This document shows positions 1 through 8,110 of a stretch of 36,178 nt of DNA, piece after piece. The stretch lies in contig JAXGJB010000030.1 in the NCBI GenBank assembly GCA_040770465.1, forward strand, positions 1-36,178, given 5' to 3'. Position 1 is the stretch's first letter. The number at the start of each line of letters is the position of its first letter. The notes beneath the pieces are model-generated. The model did no database searches. It saw only the letters and a list, made by a program, of their open reading frames with translations, and was not told the origin of the DNA. The stretch is from Methanothrix sp. Its GTDB lineage: Archaea; Halobacteriota; Methanosarcinia; Methanotrichales; Methanotrichaceae. The position numbers and the translations under genes were made by a program.

Positions 1-263
1 AGGTCGACGCCGAAGGTCTCCTTGTACCAGTCGGCGACGGCCGTCCTGAACTCGATCTTCCCCTCGTAGGAGGGGTACTGGTGGTTCTCGGGGTCCTTAG
101 CCGCCCGGCAGAGGGCATCGATAATTATTTGTGGAGTTGGCAGGTCGGGGTCGCCGACGCCCAGATCGACGACGTCCACCCCTTTCTTCCGGGCCGCGAG
201 CTTCGCCCTGTCGATAGCTGCGAAGGGGTATGGTGGGAGGGATTTTATCCGATCAGAGTACAT
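1..263 (-). CDS. dapL: LL-diaminopimelate aminotransferase (class I/II PLP aminotransferase), N-terminal part, truncated by window edge
   Basis: Not in the ORF track. Manual translation from CAT at 261-263 gives MYSDRIKSLPPYPFAAIDRAKLAARKKGVDVVDLGVGDPDLPTP...ENHQYPSYEG, the typical DapL/aspartate-aminotransferase N-terminus. Confidence 0.8.
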   Translation of the reverse strand, partial: MYSDRIKSLPPYPFAAIDRAKLAARKKGVDVVDLGVGDPDLPTPQIIIDALCRAAKDPENHQYPSYEGKIEFRTAVADWYKETFGVD

Positions 264-390
264 GGAATATTATCTCCATCAGCAGTATACATCCACGACG
301 GCGCCCCTGCCGGGATCTGACCAGGATCGCGGGGCGGCGTGGCTTTGCGAGATAGTAACTGTTACGTTGTATATAAGAGTAGAGGAATCG

Positions 391-2580
391 ATGATCGAGA
401 TCGAGGATCTGACCTCCTGGCTCCCCCGGGAGGTGGCGGAACTTTATCAGAATGAGGGGATAAGAGAGCTCTACCCGCCTCAGGCCGAGGCGGTCGAGAG
501 GGGGCTCCTCGAGGGGAAGAGCATGCTCGTCTCGGTGCCGACGGCCGCCGGAAAGACGATGCTGGCGGAGCTGGCGATGCTGAAGGCTGCTCTCGCAGGA
601 GGAAGGTCTCTTTACATCGTGCCGCTGCGGGCCCTCGCCTCGGAGAAGCACGCCGCATTCTCGCGATTTTCCGACCTCGGCGTCAAGGTGGGCCTCTCCA
701 GCGGCGATATGGAGAGGCGCGACGAGTATCTGGGGAGAAATCAGATCATAGTCGCCACCTCCGAGAAGACCGACTCTCTCATCAGGAACGGCGCCCGGTG
801 GATCCGCGACCTCTCGGTTCTGGTCGTCGACGAGATCCACCTCCTCGACTCGCCGAACCGGGGGCCGACCCTGGAGATGACGATTACAAAGCTGATGAGG
901 CTGAACCCGAAGATGCAGGTTCTGGGCCTCTCCGCGACGGTGGCCAACGCCCGCGAGGTGGCGGCCTGGCTCTCGGCCGACCTCGTCGAGAGCCGGTGGA
1001 GGCCGGTGGAGCTGAAGGAGGGGGTGATCTGCGACGGCGAGCTTCATTTTCCTGGGGAGACGGTGACGATCCCCTCCAGCCGGGACGACCTCGTCGACCT
1101 CGTCTGTGACACCATCGGCCAGAAGGGCCAGATCCTGATCTTCGAGAGCAGCAGGCGTAACGCCGAGGCGACGGCTGCGAAGCTAGCGAGGGTCGTCTCG
1201 AAGAAGAGGGATGGGCCGGGCGCGAAGGGTCGAGGGCAGGACGAAGGAGAGGGCGTCCTCGGCATCCGCTCTGACGGCTCTGACGGCTCGCGCCTCTCCG
1301 AGAGGGTGCTGGCTACCGGCGAGAGCGAGACGGGAAAGAAGCTCGCCGAGTGCGTTCGGGGCGGGGTCGCCTTCCACCACGCAGGCCTCCTCCCCGAGCA
1401 GAGGGCGATCGTCGAGAGGGGGTTTCGGTCCGGCGAGATCAAAGTGATAGCCTCGACCCCGACCCTGGCGGCGGGGTTGAACCTTCCGGCGAGGAGGGTT
1501 CTGATAAGAAGCTACAAGAGGTACGAGGGGGCGAGGGGGATGGTGGCGATACCGGTGATGGAGTACCGGCAGATGGCGGGGAGAGCCGGACGGCCCGGTT
1601 TGGACCCGAAGGGCGAGTCGTTTCTGATGGCCAAGAACGAGGCCGAGATGAAGGACCTTCTGGACCATTACGTCCACGGCGAGCCTGAGGAGATCTTCTC
1701 GAAGCTGGCCATGGAGCCCGCCCTCAGGACTCACCTTCTATCGACGATGGCCACCGGCTTTGCAAAAGACGCCGAGGAGCTGAAGGAGTTTGTCGACTCC
1801 ACCTTCTACGCCCACCAGCAGGACGCGTGGCACCTGGACGCCACCATGGAGAAGGTGCTGGAGTTTCTCGTCGAGAGCGGGATGATGGAGGCGGACCTCA
1901 AGCCGACGCCTCTTGGGGAGCTGGTCTCGCGGCTCTACATCGACCCCCTCACCGCGCGGATCGTCGTCGACAACCTCCGGTCGAAGGAGACGGCGAAGGT
2001 CACCGATCTCACCCTCCTCCACCTGATCACCATGACCCCGGACATGGATACCCTCTACATCCAGCAATCCGACGGCTGGGTCGAGGAGTTCATCGACCAG
2101 CATTACGACGAGCTCTGCCGCGAGGAGAACTACGACTGGATGATGAGGGAGGCGAAGACCGCAGCCCTCCTCCAGGAGTGGATCTCCGAATCGGAGGAGG
2201 AGAGGATCGCCGACCGGTTCCGGGTGGGGCCCGGGGACATCAGGCGCGTGGCGGAGACCGCCGAGTGGCTGATGCACTCGGCGGGCAGACTATCCGAGCA
2301 CCTGGAGCTGGGGGCCACATTTCGGATCTATCAGCTCGAAAAGAGGATCCACTACGGCGCGGGACCAGACCTTCTCGGCCTTCTCGACCTGAAGGGGGTC
2401 GGGAGGGTGAGGGCGAGAAAGCTCCACCGGGCCGGGTACACCAGCATCGAGAAGCTGAGGGAGGCAGACGTCGCCAGGATCGCCGAGATCGTCGGCCCCA
2501 AGATCGCTGGAAAGGTTATGGCCCAGCTCCGGAGGGGCGAGAGTGAGAGTCTGCCGCCCGGGGGAGTGCCGCAGAGATGA
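391..2580 (+). CDS. hel308: Ski2-like ATP-dependent DNA helicase Hel308/Hjm
   Basis: Motifs LYPPQ, PTAAGKT, DEIH, GLSAT, FHHAGL, TPTLAAGLNLPA and QMAGRAGRPG, plus C-terminal HhH (GVGRVRARKL). ATG 391 is preferred over 262, which overlaps the dapL start. Confidence 0.93.
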   Translation: MIEIEDLTSWLPREVAELYQNEGIRELYPPQAEAVERGLLEGKSMLVSVPTAAGKTMLAELAMLKAALAGGRSLYIVPLRALASEKHAAFSRFSDLGVKVGLSSGDMERRDEYLGRNQIIVATSEKTDSLIRNGARWIRDLSVLVVDEIHLLDSPNRGPTLEMTITKLMRLNPKMQVLGLSATVANAREVAAWLSADLVESRWRPVELKEGVICDGELHFPGETVTIPSSRDDLVDLVCDTIGQKGQILIFESSRRNAEATAAKLARVVSKKRDGPGAKGRGQDEGEGVLGIRSDGSDGSRLSERVLATGESETGKKLAECVRGGVAFHHAGLLPEQRAIVERGFRSGEIKVIASTPTLAAGLNLPARRVLIRSYKRYEGARGMVAIPVMEYRQMAGRAGRPGLDPKGESFLMAKNEAEMKDLLDHYVHGEPEEIFSKLAMEPALRTHLLSTMATGFAKDAEELKEFVDSTFYAHQQDAWHLDATMEKVLEFLVESGMMEADLKPTPLGELVSRLYIDPLTARIVVDNLRSKETAKVTDLTLLHLITMTPDMDTLYIQQSDGWVEEFIDQHYDELCREENYDWMMREAKTAALLQEWISESEEERIADRFRVGPGDIRRVAETAEWLMHSAGRLSEHLELGATFRIYQLEKRIHYGAGPDLLGLLDLKGVGRVRARKLHRAGYTSIEKLREADVARIAEIVGPKIAGKVMAQLRRGESESLPPGGVPQR

Positions 2581-2593
2581 GCCCCGCTGAAGG

Positions 2594-3448
2594 ATGACGA
2601 TGAGAGTGAACCTTGGGGGGATCGTCCCCCTCTCGACCCTGGACTGGACGGGGGTGGCGGCCGCCGTCATCTTCATGAGGGGCTGCCCCCTCCGGTGCCC
2701 CCACTGTCACAACTGGCAGCTCCAGTCCGGGGAGAGCTTCGAGGATCTGGCCGAGATCAAGAAAAAGATCGACGGAGCGAGGCCCTTCATCAGCGCGGTG
2801 ATCCTCTCCGGCGGCGAGCCCCTGGTCCAGCAAAGGGCCGCGCGGAAGATCGCAGAGCACGCAAAGGACGCTGGGCTGAAGGTCGGCATTGAGACCTGCG
2901 GCCGTTTTCCGGATCGGATCGCCGCGCTCCTGAACGAGGGGCTGGTGGATATGGTATTTCTCGACGTCAAAGAGGTGCTGAGAGATCCGGAGTACGCGGC
3001 CGCCACCGGCCGAGAAGGCGTCGCTCCCAGGGTCAGGGAGAGCCTGGACCATTGCCTGGAGGCGGGGGTCCCCCTGGAGGTGAGGACGACGGTCTTTCCG
3101 AATATGCCGTCGCTGGACCGGCTTCTGGAGATCGGGAAGTTTCTCAGCGAGCTTGGGATCGGGTCGTTCACCATCCAGCAGGGACTCCCCAGCGACTGCG
3201 AGGCCCCCTTCGACCCGGTTCCTATAAAATTGCTCACATATATCTCCTTGACGATGAAGGAGCGGTACGGCATCGACGCCACCATAAAGAAGGGGCCTCT
3301 ATCCTCGCAGAGCCGCCCCTACCAGACGGAGCTCTTCCAGATATGCCAGCTCCGAAAGCCGCATTCTAAGAAGCGAAACGATCCGATGAAAGAAGGTCGA
3401 GATCAGAACCGATATCAAAATCGAGATCAATCTCAAAATCAAAATTAA
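2594..3448 (+). CDS. nrdG: Anaerobic ribonucleoside-triphosphate reductase activating protein-like radical SAM enzyme
   Basis: N-terminal GGIVPLSTLDW, GCPLRCPHCHN (CX3CX2C), SGGEPL, and EVRTT. Low-complexity Q/N tail. Confidence 0.78.
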   Translation: MTMRVNLGGIVPLSTLDWTGVAAAVIFMRGCPLRCPHCHNWQLQSGESFEDLAEIKKKIDGARPFISAVILSGGEPLVQQRAARKIAEHAKDAGLKVGIETCGRFPDRIAALLNEGLVDMVFLDVKEVLRDPEYAAATGREGVAPRVRESLDHCLEAGVPLEVRTTVFPNMPSLDRLLEIGKFLSELGIGSFTIQQGLPSDCEAPFDPVPIKLLTYISLTMKERYGIDATIKKGPLSSQSRPYQTELFQICQLRKPHSKKRNDPMKEGRDQNRYQNRDQSQNQN

Positions 3449-3468
3449 ATCAAATCAAAATCACAAAA
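3398..3468 (+). repeat. Degenerate short tandem repeat (AATCAA/GATCAA-like) spanning the nrdG-like stop codon
   Basis: gatcagaaccgatatcaaaatcgagatcaatctcaaaatcaaaattaaatcaaatcaaaatcacaaaat; the coding part gives DQNRYQNRDQSQNQN. Confidence 0.7.
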
Positions 3469-3481
3469 TGGGTGACGAGGA

Positions 3482-4027
3482 TTGAAGATCGTGGGATTTG
3501 TGGGGATGCCCGGCTCCGGGAAGTCGGTGGCCGCAGACGTCGCGCGTGAGATGAACATACCGGTCGTGGTCATGGGCGACGTCATCCGGGAGGAGGCGGC
3601 CCGGCGGGGGCTCGACCCCACCGATCGAAACCTCGGGGCCGTGGGAAACGATCTCAGAAATAAAGAGGGCCCCGACGCCATCGCCGCCCGGTGCCTCGCG
3701 AAGATCCGTGCCCAACGGGCACCCACAGTCGTCGTTGAGGGGATCAGGAGCAAATCCGAGGTGGACCTCTTCAGGAGAAGCTCGAACGGCTTTTCGCTCA
3801 TCGAGGTTTACGTCCCCGACGAGGTCCGGCTCGCGCGGATCGCCTCACGCGGCAGGTCAGACGACGCCAACGAGTCCGACCTCGCAAAGGCGGTGGCGAG
3901 TCGGGACGCCCGGGAGCTTGGCTGGGGGATGGGCGAAGCGATCCGGGCGGCGGATTTGCGGATCGAGAACGCCGGGAGCGTGGAGGAGTTCGAGGGGAGG
4001 GTGAGGGCGGTATTGGCGGAAGGGTGA
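3482..4027 (+). CDS. UPF0200/COG0237 P-loop nucleotide kinase (dephospho-CoA kinase-like)
   Basis: GMPGSGKS Walker A, MGDVIR, EGIRS, RGRSDD and RDARELGWG. TTG start. Confidence 0.8.
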   Translation: MKIVGFVGMPGSGKSVAADVAREMNIPVVVMGDVIREEAARRGLDPTDRNLGAVGNDLRNKEGPDAIAARCLAKIRAQRAPTVVVEGIRSKSEVDLFRRSSNGFSLIEVYVPDEVRLARIASRGRSDDANESDLAKAVASRDARELGWGMGEAIRAADLRIENAGSVEEFEGRVRAVLAEG

Positions 4028-4179
4028 GGATTTAGAAATCCTGTTGTTGATTGTAATCCTCCATTTAACGGACTTGAGAGCTATCGGAGTTTCGTCTATC
4101 TGAATTATATTGAGGAAAATTAGATAAGGTTTGAACATAATAGACCGCATGGGCGCTTTTGCACTGAGGCCTGGCTGAT

Positions 4180-5904
4180 ATGCGAGAGAAGAGAATTTCA
4201 GATCTGTTAATATTCCTGGCAGCGATCCAGGTGATTTTGGCAACCTTTTCTTTAGCAGCCTTGGCGTTATTCATGGTTGGCTGGGTGATCGGCATCGAGA
4301 GAGCAAAAATCCTTCAGGATTTTCTAAGCACATCCAGCGATATAATGATCTCTCTGCTGATAATTGTCGGTGCCGTTCTGGTTCTCGCTTTTTCTGTAAT
4401 GATCGTCTGCTGGCTCTCTAAAGACGAGAGTGGCATTATGATCTTACCCTTTGAACTTTCGGCGGGCGAGGATAAGTACAATGGAAAGGCTTTATCTTAT
4501 CTTTTGACCGCTGAATTGCTGAGGATCCAGCGAATTCACAAAACGGAATACGAAGGTATCACACTGATAGAATCTGAAAATGTGTATTGTCCTACTATAA
4601 AACCTTCAAGCGAGAACATAAGCACCGAAATCGCCAAAATAGATACCCTTGAAGCAGGCACGGCCTCTATTCCGTTAGGGCAAATTTTAGTATCAATTAA
4701 AAAGCTCTGGCCCTGGGGTACTAATAGCAGGGTGATCTCTGGATGCTTACAAAAATACGGTTCTACTATTAGTCTGATGGGATGCCTGGAAGATCGAAAT
4801 ATGAAGACTTGGGAAGCCAAAAATATCAATAAGGGCAAAAAGATCGGAGATGAGATAATTCCAGAATTAGCTAGAGATCTCGCCTTCATGATAGTTCACT
4901 ATCTCTCAGGTAAAGAAACAAATGATAAAAAGATCACTGCTAAAACTTGGCAGGCTTTTAAACACTTTTTTGGGGCTTTAGAAGCTTATAATCTATATAA
5001 TCTTTCAGGAAATATAAAATATTTAGATCTGGCTAGAACAGAATGCTTAGAAGCTGCATCCTCAGAGATGGGCTATGAAAAAATCTTAAAACTGCTTTAC
5101 AACCTCGGAATGGAGTACTCCAATAAAAATGAGCTATACAAAGCTGAAGAGCTTTTATTTCAAGCCTATGAGATCAAGCAAAATGACGAATTTGCTCTGG
5201 TAGGGCTGGGTCATTTATACATAATGCAGCGTCAATATCAGAAAGCACTCGATTATTTCGAGAGAGCAATCGATGCAAATAAGGATTCCTGTTCTGCGTG
5301 GTACAACAAGGGAAGAGCTCTCCTTTACTTGGGACGGAATGAAGAAGCGCTTAAAGCGGACGAAAGGGCGATCGAACTAAATCCAGAAGATGCCGTAGGA
5401 TGGAGTAGTAAAGGAGCGGCTCTTATCAAACTGGGCAAACACGAAGATGCGCTTAAAGCCTGCGACAAGGCGATCGAACTCGATTCGAAATTAGCCATGG
5501 CATGGAACAACAAGAGTTTTGCTCTCGACAAACTGGGTTTGGACAACGAGGCACTTAAAACCCGTGAAGATGCTGCTAAGCGTGAAATTAGATCAGCGGC
5601 AATTTACACATCTCTCGCCCGCTATTATCGAAAGCTAAACAAAGAAGCCGATAGAGCCGAAGCGTGTAGAATCGCTCGCAATTTTATTGAAACGGATTCT
5701 AGCATATACAACCACGTCTGTTTCGAGGCGGTTTGCGGGAGTCCCTACGCCGCCATCGACCTGCTTAGGACTGCCCTGGAGATAAACCCGCATAACGCAA
5801 ATTGGGCGCGCCGGGACCCAGACTTAGAGTTCATCCGGGACTACGACAGCTTCAAAGACCTTCTGGACGAGTTCTCCGCCGATGGGGAGAAGGGGCCGGA
5901 GTGA
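4180..5904 (+). CDS. Membrane-anchored TPR-repeat protein
   Basis: Two N-terminal hydrophobic helices; TPR units (AWYNKGRAL..., WSSKGAAL..., AWNNKSFAL...); C-terminal YNxxCFEA...ARRDPD cap. Visibly AT-richer than neighbouring genes. Confidence 0.85.
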   Translation: MREKRISDLLIFLAAIQVILATFSLAALALFMVGWVIGIERAKILQDFLSTSSDIMISLLIIVGAVLVLAFSVMIVCWLSKDESGIMILPFELSAGEDKYNGKALSYLLTAELLRIQRIHKTEYEGITLIESENVYCPTIKPSSENISTEIAKIDTLEAGTASIPLGQILVSIKKLWPWGTNSRVISGCLQKYGSTISLMGCLEDRNMKTWEAKNINKGKKIGDEIIPELARDLAFMIVHYLSGKETNDKKITAKTWQAFKHFFGALEAYNLYNLSGNIKYLDLARTECLEAASSEMGYEKILKLLYNLGMEYSNKNELYKAEELLFQAYEIKQNDEFALVGLGHLYIMQRQYQKALDYFERAIDANKDSCSAWYNKGRALLYLGRNEEALKADERAIELNPEDAVGWSSKGAALIKLGKHEDALKACDKAIELDSKLAMAWNNKSFALDKLGLDNEALKTREDAAKREIRSAAIYTSLARYYRKLNKEADRAEACRIARNFIETDSSIYNHVCFEAVCGSPYAAIDLLRTALEINPHNANWARRDPDLEFIRDYDSFKDLLDEFSADGEKGPE

Positions 5905-5906
5905 AA

Positions 5907-5961
5907 CCGCGCCGCCCGCCCGGCGCCGAAGGCGCGCTGTGGTCGAAGCTCAGAAATCCGC
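5907..5961 (+). repeat. Dispersed GC-rich intergenic element, copy A (GCGCC-GAA-GGCGC hairpin)
   Basis: ccgcgccgcccgcccg-gcgccgaaggcgcg-ctgtggtcgaagctcagaaatccgc; aligns by eye with 7115-7190. Confidence 0.7.
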
Positions 5962-5993
5962 GCCAGTTTTAACTACCTCCAGCCCAAAATAGT

Positions 5994-7001
5994 ATGTCTG
6001 AGGTCGCTACTTTGAGAGCGTTTCCGAAGCCGAAGGTGGTGGTGAGCAGGTGCATCGAGTTCGACAGCTGCAGGTACAACGGCCAGATGATCTCAAGCGA
6101 CTTCGTGAAGAGCCTCGCGCCCTTCGTCGATTTTCTTCCGGTCTGCCCCGAAGTGGAGATCGGCCTCGGCGTCCCTCGGGGATCGCTCAGGCTCGTCTCT
6201 TCTGCCGACGGTGGAGAGACGAGGCTCATCCAGCCCTCGACGGGAAGGGACGTCACAACGGATATGCAGAGCTTCGCAGCATCGTTTCTCGACTCCCTCG
6301 GCGAGGTGGACGGCTTCATCCTCAAGGCGGGCTCGCCGTCTTGTGGCATCAAGAACACCAAGGCCTACCCCACCGCCGGAAAGTCGGCGGCCCTGTCTCA
6401 AAAGGAGGCCGGGATCTTCGGCGCCGCCGTGCTGGCCCGGAATCCGGATCTCGCGGTGGAGGACGAAGGTCGGCTCCGAAACCCGCGGATCAAAGAGCAC
6501 TTCCTCACCAAGCTCTTCACCCTTGCCCGGTTCCGGGAGGTCGAGAGGTCCGGCTCGATGCGGGAGCTGGTCGGCTTCCAGACCGAGAACAAGATGCTCC
6601 TTATGGCCTACAACCAGACCGAAGAGAGGGCCCTGGGGAATATCGCCGCAAACCACGACCACCGGCCCTTCGATGAGGTGGCCCGCGATTACGAGGCCCA
6701 CCTCCGGCGGGCGATGTGCCGGGCCCCCAGGTACACCTCCAACATAAACGTCCTCATGCACATCCTCGGCTACTTCAAAGACCGGCTCTCGAATGCTGAG
6801 AAGGCGATCTTCCTGGAGAACATCCAGAGGTACCGAGACGGCAAGATCACCATCTGCCCCAACACCACCCTCCTCAAGTCCTGGATCGCCCGCTTCGAGG
6901 ACGACTACCTCGCTCGTCAGACCTTCTTTGAGCCCTACCCCCAGGACCTGATGGAGGTCGACCCCGCCGTCTCCCACAAGGGGAGAGACCTCTGGAAATG
7001 A
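5994..7001 (+). CDS. DUF523 (TudS-like 4Fe-4S desulfidase)-DUF1722 fusion, YbgA/RudS family
   Basis: VSRC...RYNG, VCPEVEIGLGVPR, SPSCG and EDEGRL, then DUF1722 motifs NVLMHILGYFK and YLARQTFFEPYP. Confidence 0.88.
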   Translation: MSEVATLRAFPKPKVVVSRCIEFDSCRYNGQMISSDFVKSLAPFVDFLPVCPEVEIGLGVPRGSLRLVSSADGGETRLIQPSTGRDVTTDMQSFAASFLDSLGEVDGFILKAGSPSCGIKNTKAYPTAGKSAALSQKEAGIFGAAVLARNPDLAVEDEGRLRNPRIKEHFLTKLFTLARFREVERSGSMRELVGFQTENKMLLMAYNQTEERALGNIAANHDHRPFDEVARDYEAHLRRAMCRAPRYTSNINVLMHILGYFKDRLSNAEKAIFLENIQRYRDGKITICPNTTLLKSWIARFEDDYLARQTFFEPYPQDLMEVDPAVSHKGRDLWK

Positions 7002-7114
7002 TAGATCAAAAAAACCAAGATATATCGCGGGGCCAGCAAGATAATAGAGGGATATCGGTGAGCCGGTGACGAGGCTGATCGGGATCGAGGTCGGAGGAGA
7101 CGGGCCAAAGTTGC

Positions 7115-7190
7115 CCGCGCCGCCCGCCCGCCCGCTCAGCACCGAAGGCGCGAGGCCGAAGCCGCTCAGAACCCGCCGAACTCAGAATCC
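7115..7190 (+). repeat. Dispersed GC-rich intergenic element, copy B
   Basis: ccgcgccgcccgcccg...accgaaggcgcg...cgaagccgctcagaacccgc, in the same orientation as copy A. Confidence 0.7.
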
Positions 7191-7961
7191 TCACTCAATA
7201 ATTTTCTTGAAGCTGACCGACGCCACGGCGAATATCACCACGTCGAAGACGAGGATGGCGGCGACGTCGACGGCTAGGTTGCTGACATCCCCGCTGATCA
7301 ACAGGCCCCTGACGGCATCGACGGCGTAGGTGAGGGGGTTGACCAACGCGACGTACTGGAGGGCGGGCGGCATCAGCTCGATGGGATAGAGGGCGTTGCT
7401 CGCAAAGAAGAGGGGCATGATCAGAGCCTGGCCGAGGCCCATGAACCGCTCCCTCGTCTTCATCAGGGAGGCGACGAAGATGGAGATCGCCGCAAACCCC
7501 CCCGATATGAGGAAGAGGACCAGGAAGGCGGCGACGATGTAAGTGGGGTGTGGGACGAACCTGACACCCAGGAGGATCGCCACCGGAAAGATGATCAAAG
7601 CCTGGACGACCGCCCGGACTCCCGAGGCGATCGATCGGCCGACGACGGTCGCCGACCGGGATGCGGGGGCGACCAGGAGCCGCTTGAGGATCCCCGTCTC
7701 CCTCTCCCAGACGATGGTGAGGCCGTAGAAGACCGAGACGAAGATCGTCGACTGGAGAAGGACGCCGGGGGTGATGTAGTCGATGTACGGGATGCCGTCG
7801 GTGGGAATCCCCCTCACCTCGCTCATCACCGTCCCGAAGACCGCAAGCCACAGGATCGGCTGGATCGCTCTCGTGTAGATCTCAGTCCGATCGTGCCGAA
7901 GCCTCCTCATCTCCAGCTCGATCATGGCGAACATCTCCCGGAAGGAGTCCCCGGCGGTCAT
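7191..7961 (-). CDS. ABC-2 type transporter permease (DrrB-like)
   Basis: About six TM helices; YIDYITPG, WERETGILKRLLVAP, FASNALYP and NPLTYAVD motifs. Confidence 0.92.
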   Translation of the reverse strand: MTAGDSFREMFAMIELEMRRLRHDRTEIYTRAIQPILWLAVFGTVMSEVRGIPTDGIPYIDYITPGVLLQSTIFVSVFYGLTIVWERETGILKRLLVAPASRSATVVGRSIASGVRAVVQALIIFPVAILLGVRFVPHPTYIVAAFLVLFLISGGFAAISIFVASLMKTRERFMGLGQALIMPLFFASNALYPIELMPPALQYVALVNPLTYAVDAVRGLLISGDVSNLAVDVAAILVFDVVIFAVASVSFKKIIE

Positions 7962-8110
7962 CGGCCGATCACCAGAAAGTCCATCAATCCTATCAGTCCC
8001 ATCGATCCTATCAATCCCGCCAATCCCGTCGATCCTATCAGTCCTGCCAATCCCGTCGATCCTATCAGTCCTGCCAATCCCGTCGATCCGTCTCTATCAC
8101 CGATCTCCAT
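7958..8110 (-). CDS. Candidate 50-aa micro-ORF with (Gly-X-Y)12 hydrophobic repeat
   Basis: Manual translation MEIGDRDGSTGLAGLIGSTGLAGLIGSTGLAGLIGSMGLIGLMDFLVIGR*. It starts inside the last ATPase codons and its TGA overlaps the permease ATG (ATGA). Confidence 0.35.
   Translation of the reverse strand: MEIGDRDGSTGLAGLIGSTGLAGLIGSTGLAGLIGSMGLIGLMDFLVIGR
7982..8089 (-). repeat. Tandem array of twelve 9-bp units with a higher-order 27-bp period
   Basis: Minus strand: GGATCGACG GGATTGGCA GGACTGATA about three times, followed by three degenerate units. Confidence 0.9.

Noticed and set aside
262-390. 43-aa N-terminal extension of Hel308
   Set aside because: Overlaps the dapL start codon and the divergent promoter region; the family-like sequence begins at ATG 391.
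5710-5961. Diversity-generating retroelement variable region (gene end + GC-only tract + GAA hairpin)
   Set aside because: No template repeat or reverse transcriptase in the window, and the target is not a CLec/Ig fold. It cannot be supported without a genome search.
6050-7142. Long alternative-frame and antisense ORFs here and across the window (e.g. 6093-7142, 13126-13935, 15115-16179, 18050-19228)
   Set aside because: Typical shadow ORFs of GC-rich genes, with no recognisable motifs.
7982-8089. Possible CRISPR array
   Set aside because: Contiguous 9/27-bp tandem units with no unique spacers.
8094-8099. Pyrrolysine or selenocysteine readthrough fusing ATPase and permease
   Set aside because: Would need consecutive TGA and TAG readthrough. 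Both proteins are complete on their own and there is no supporting signal.
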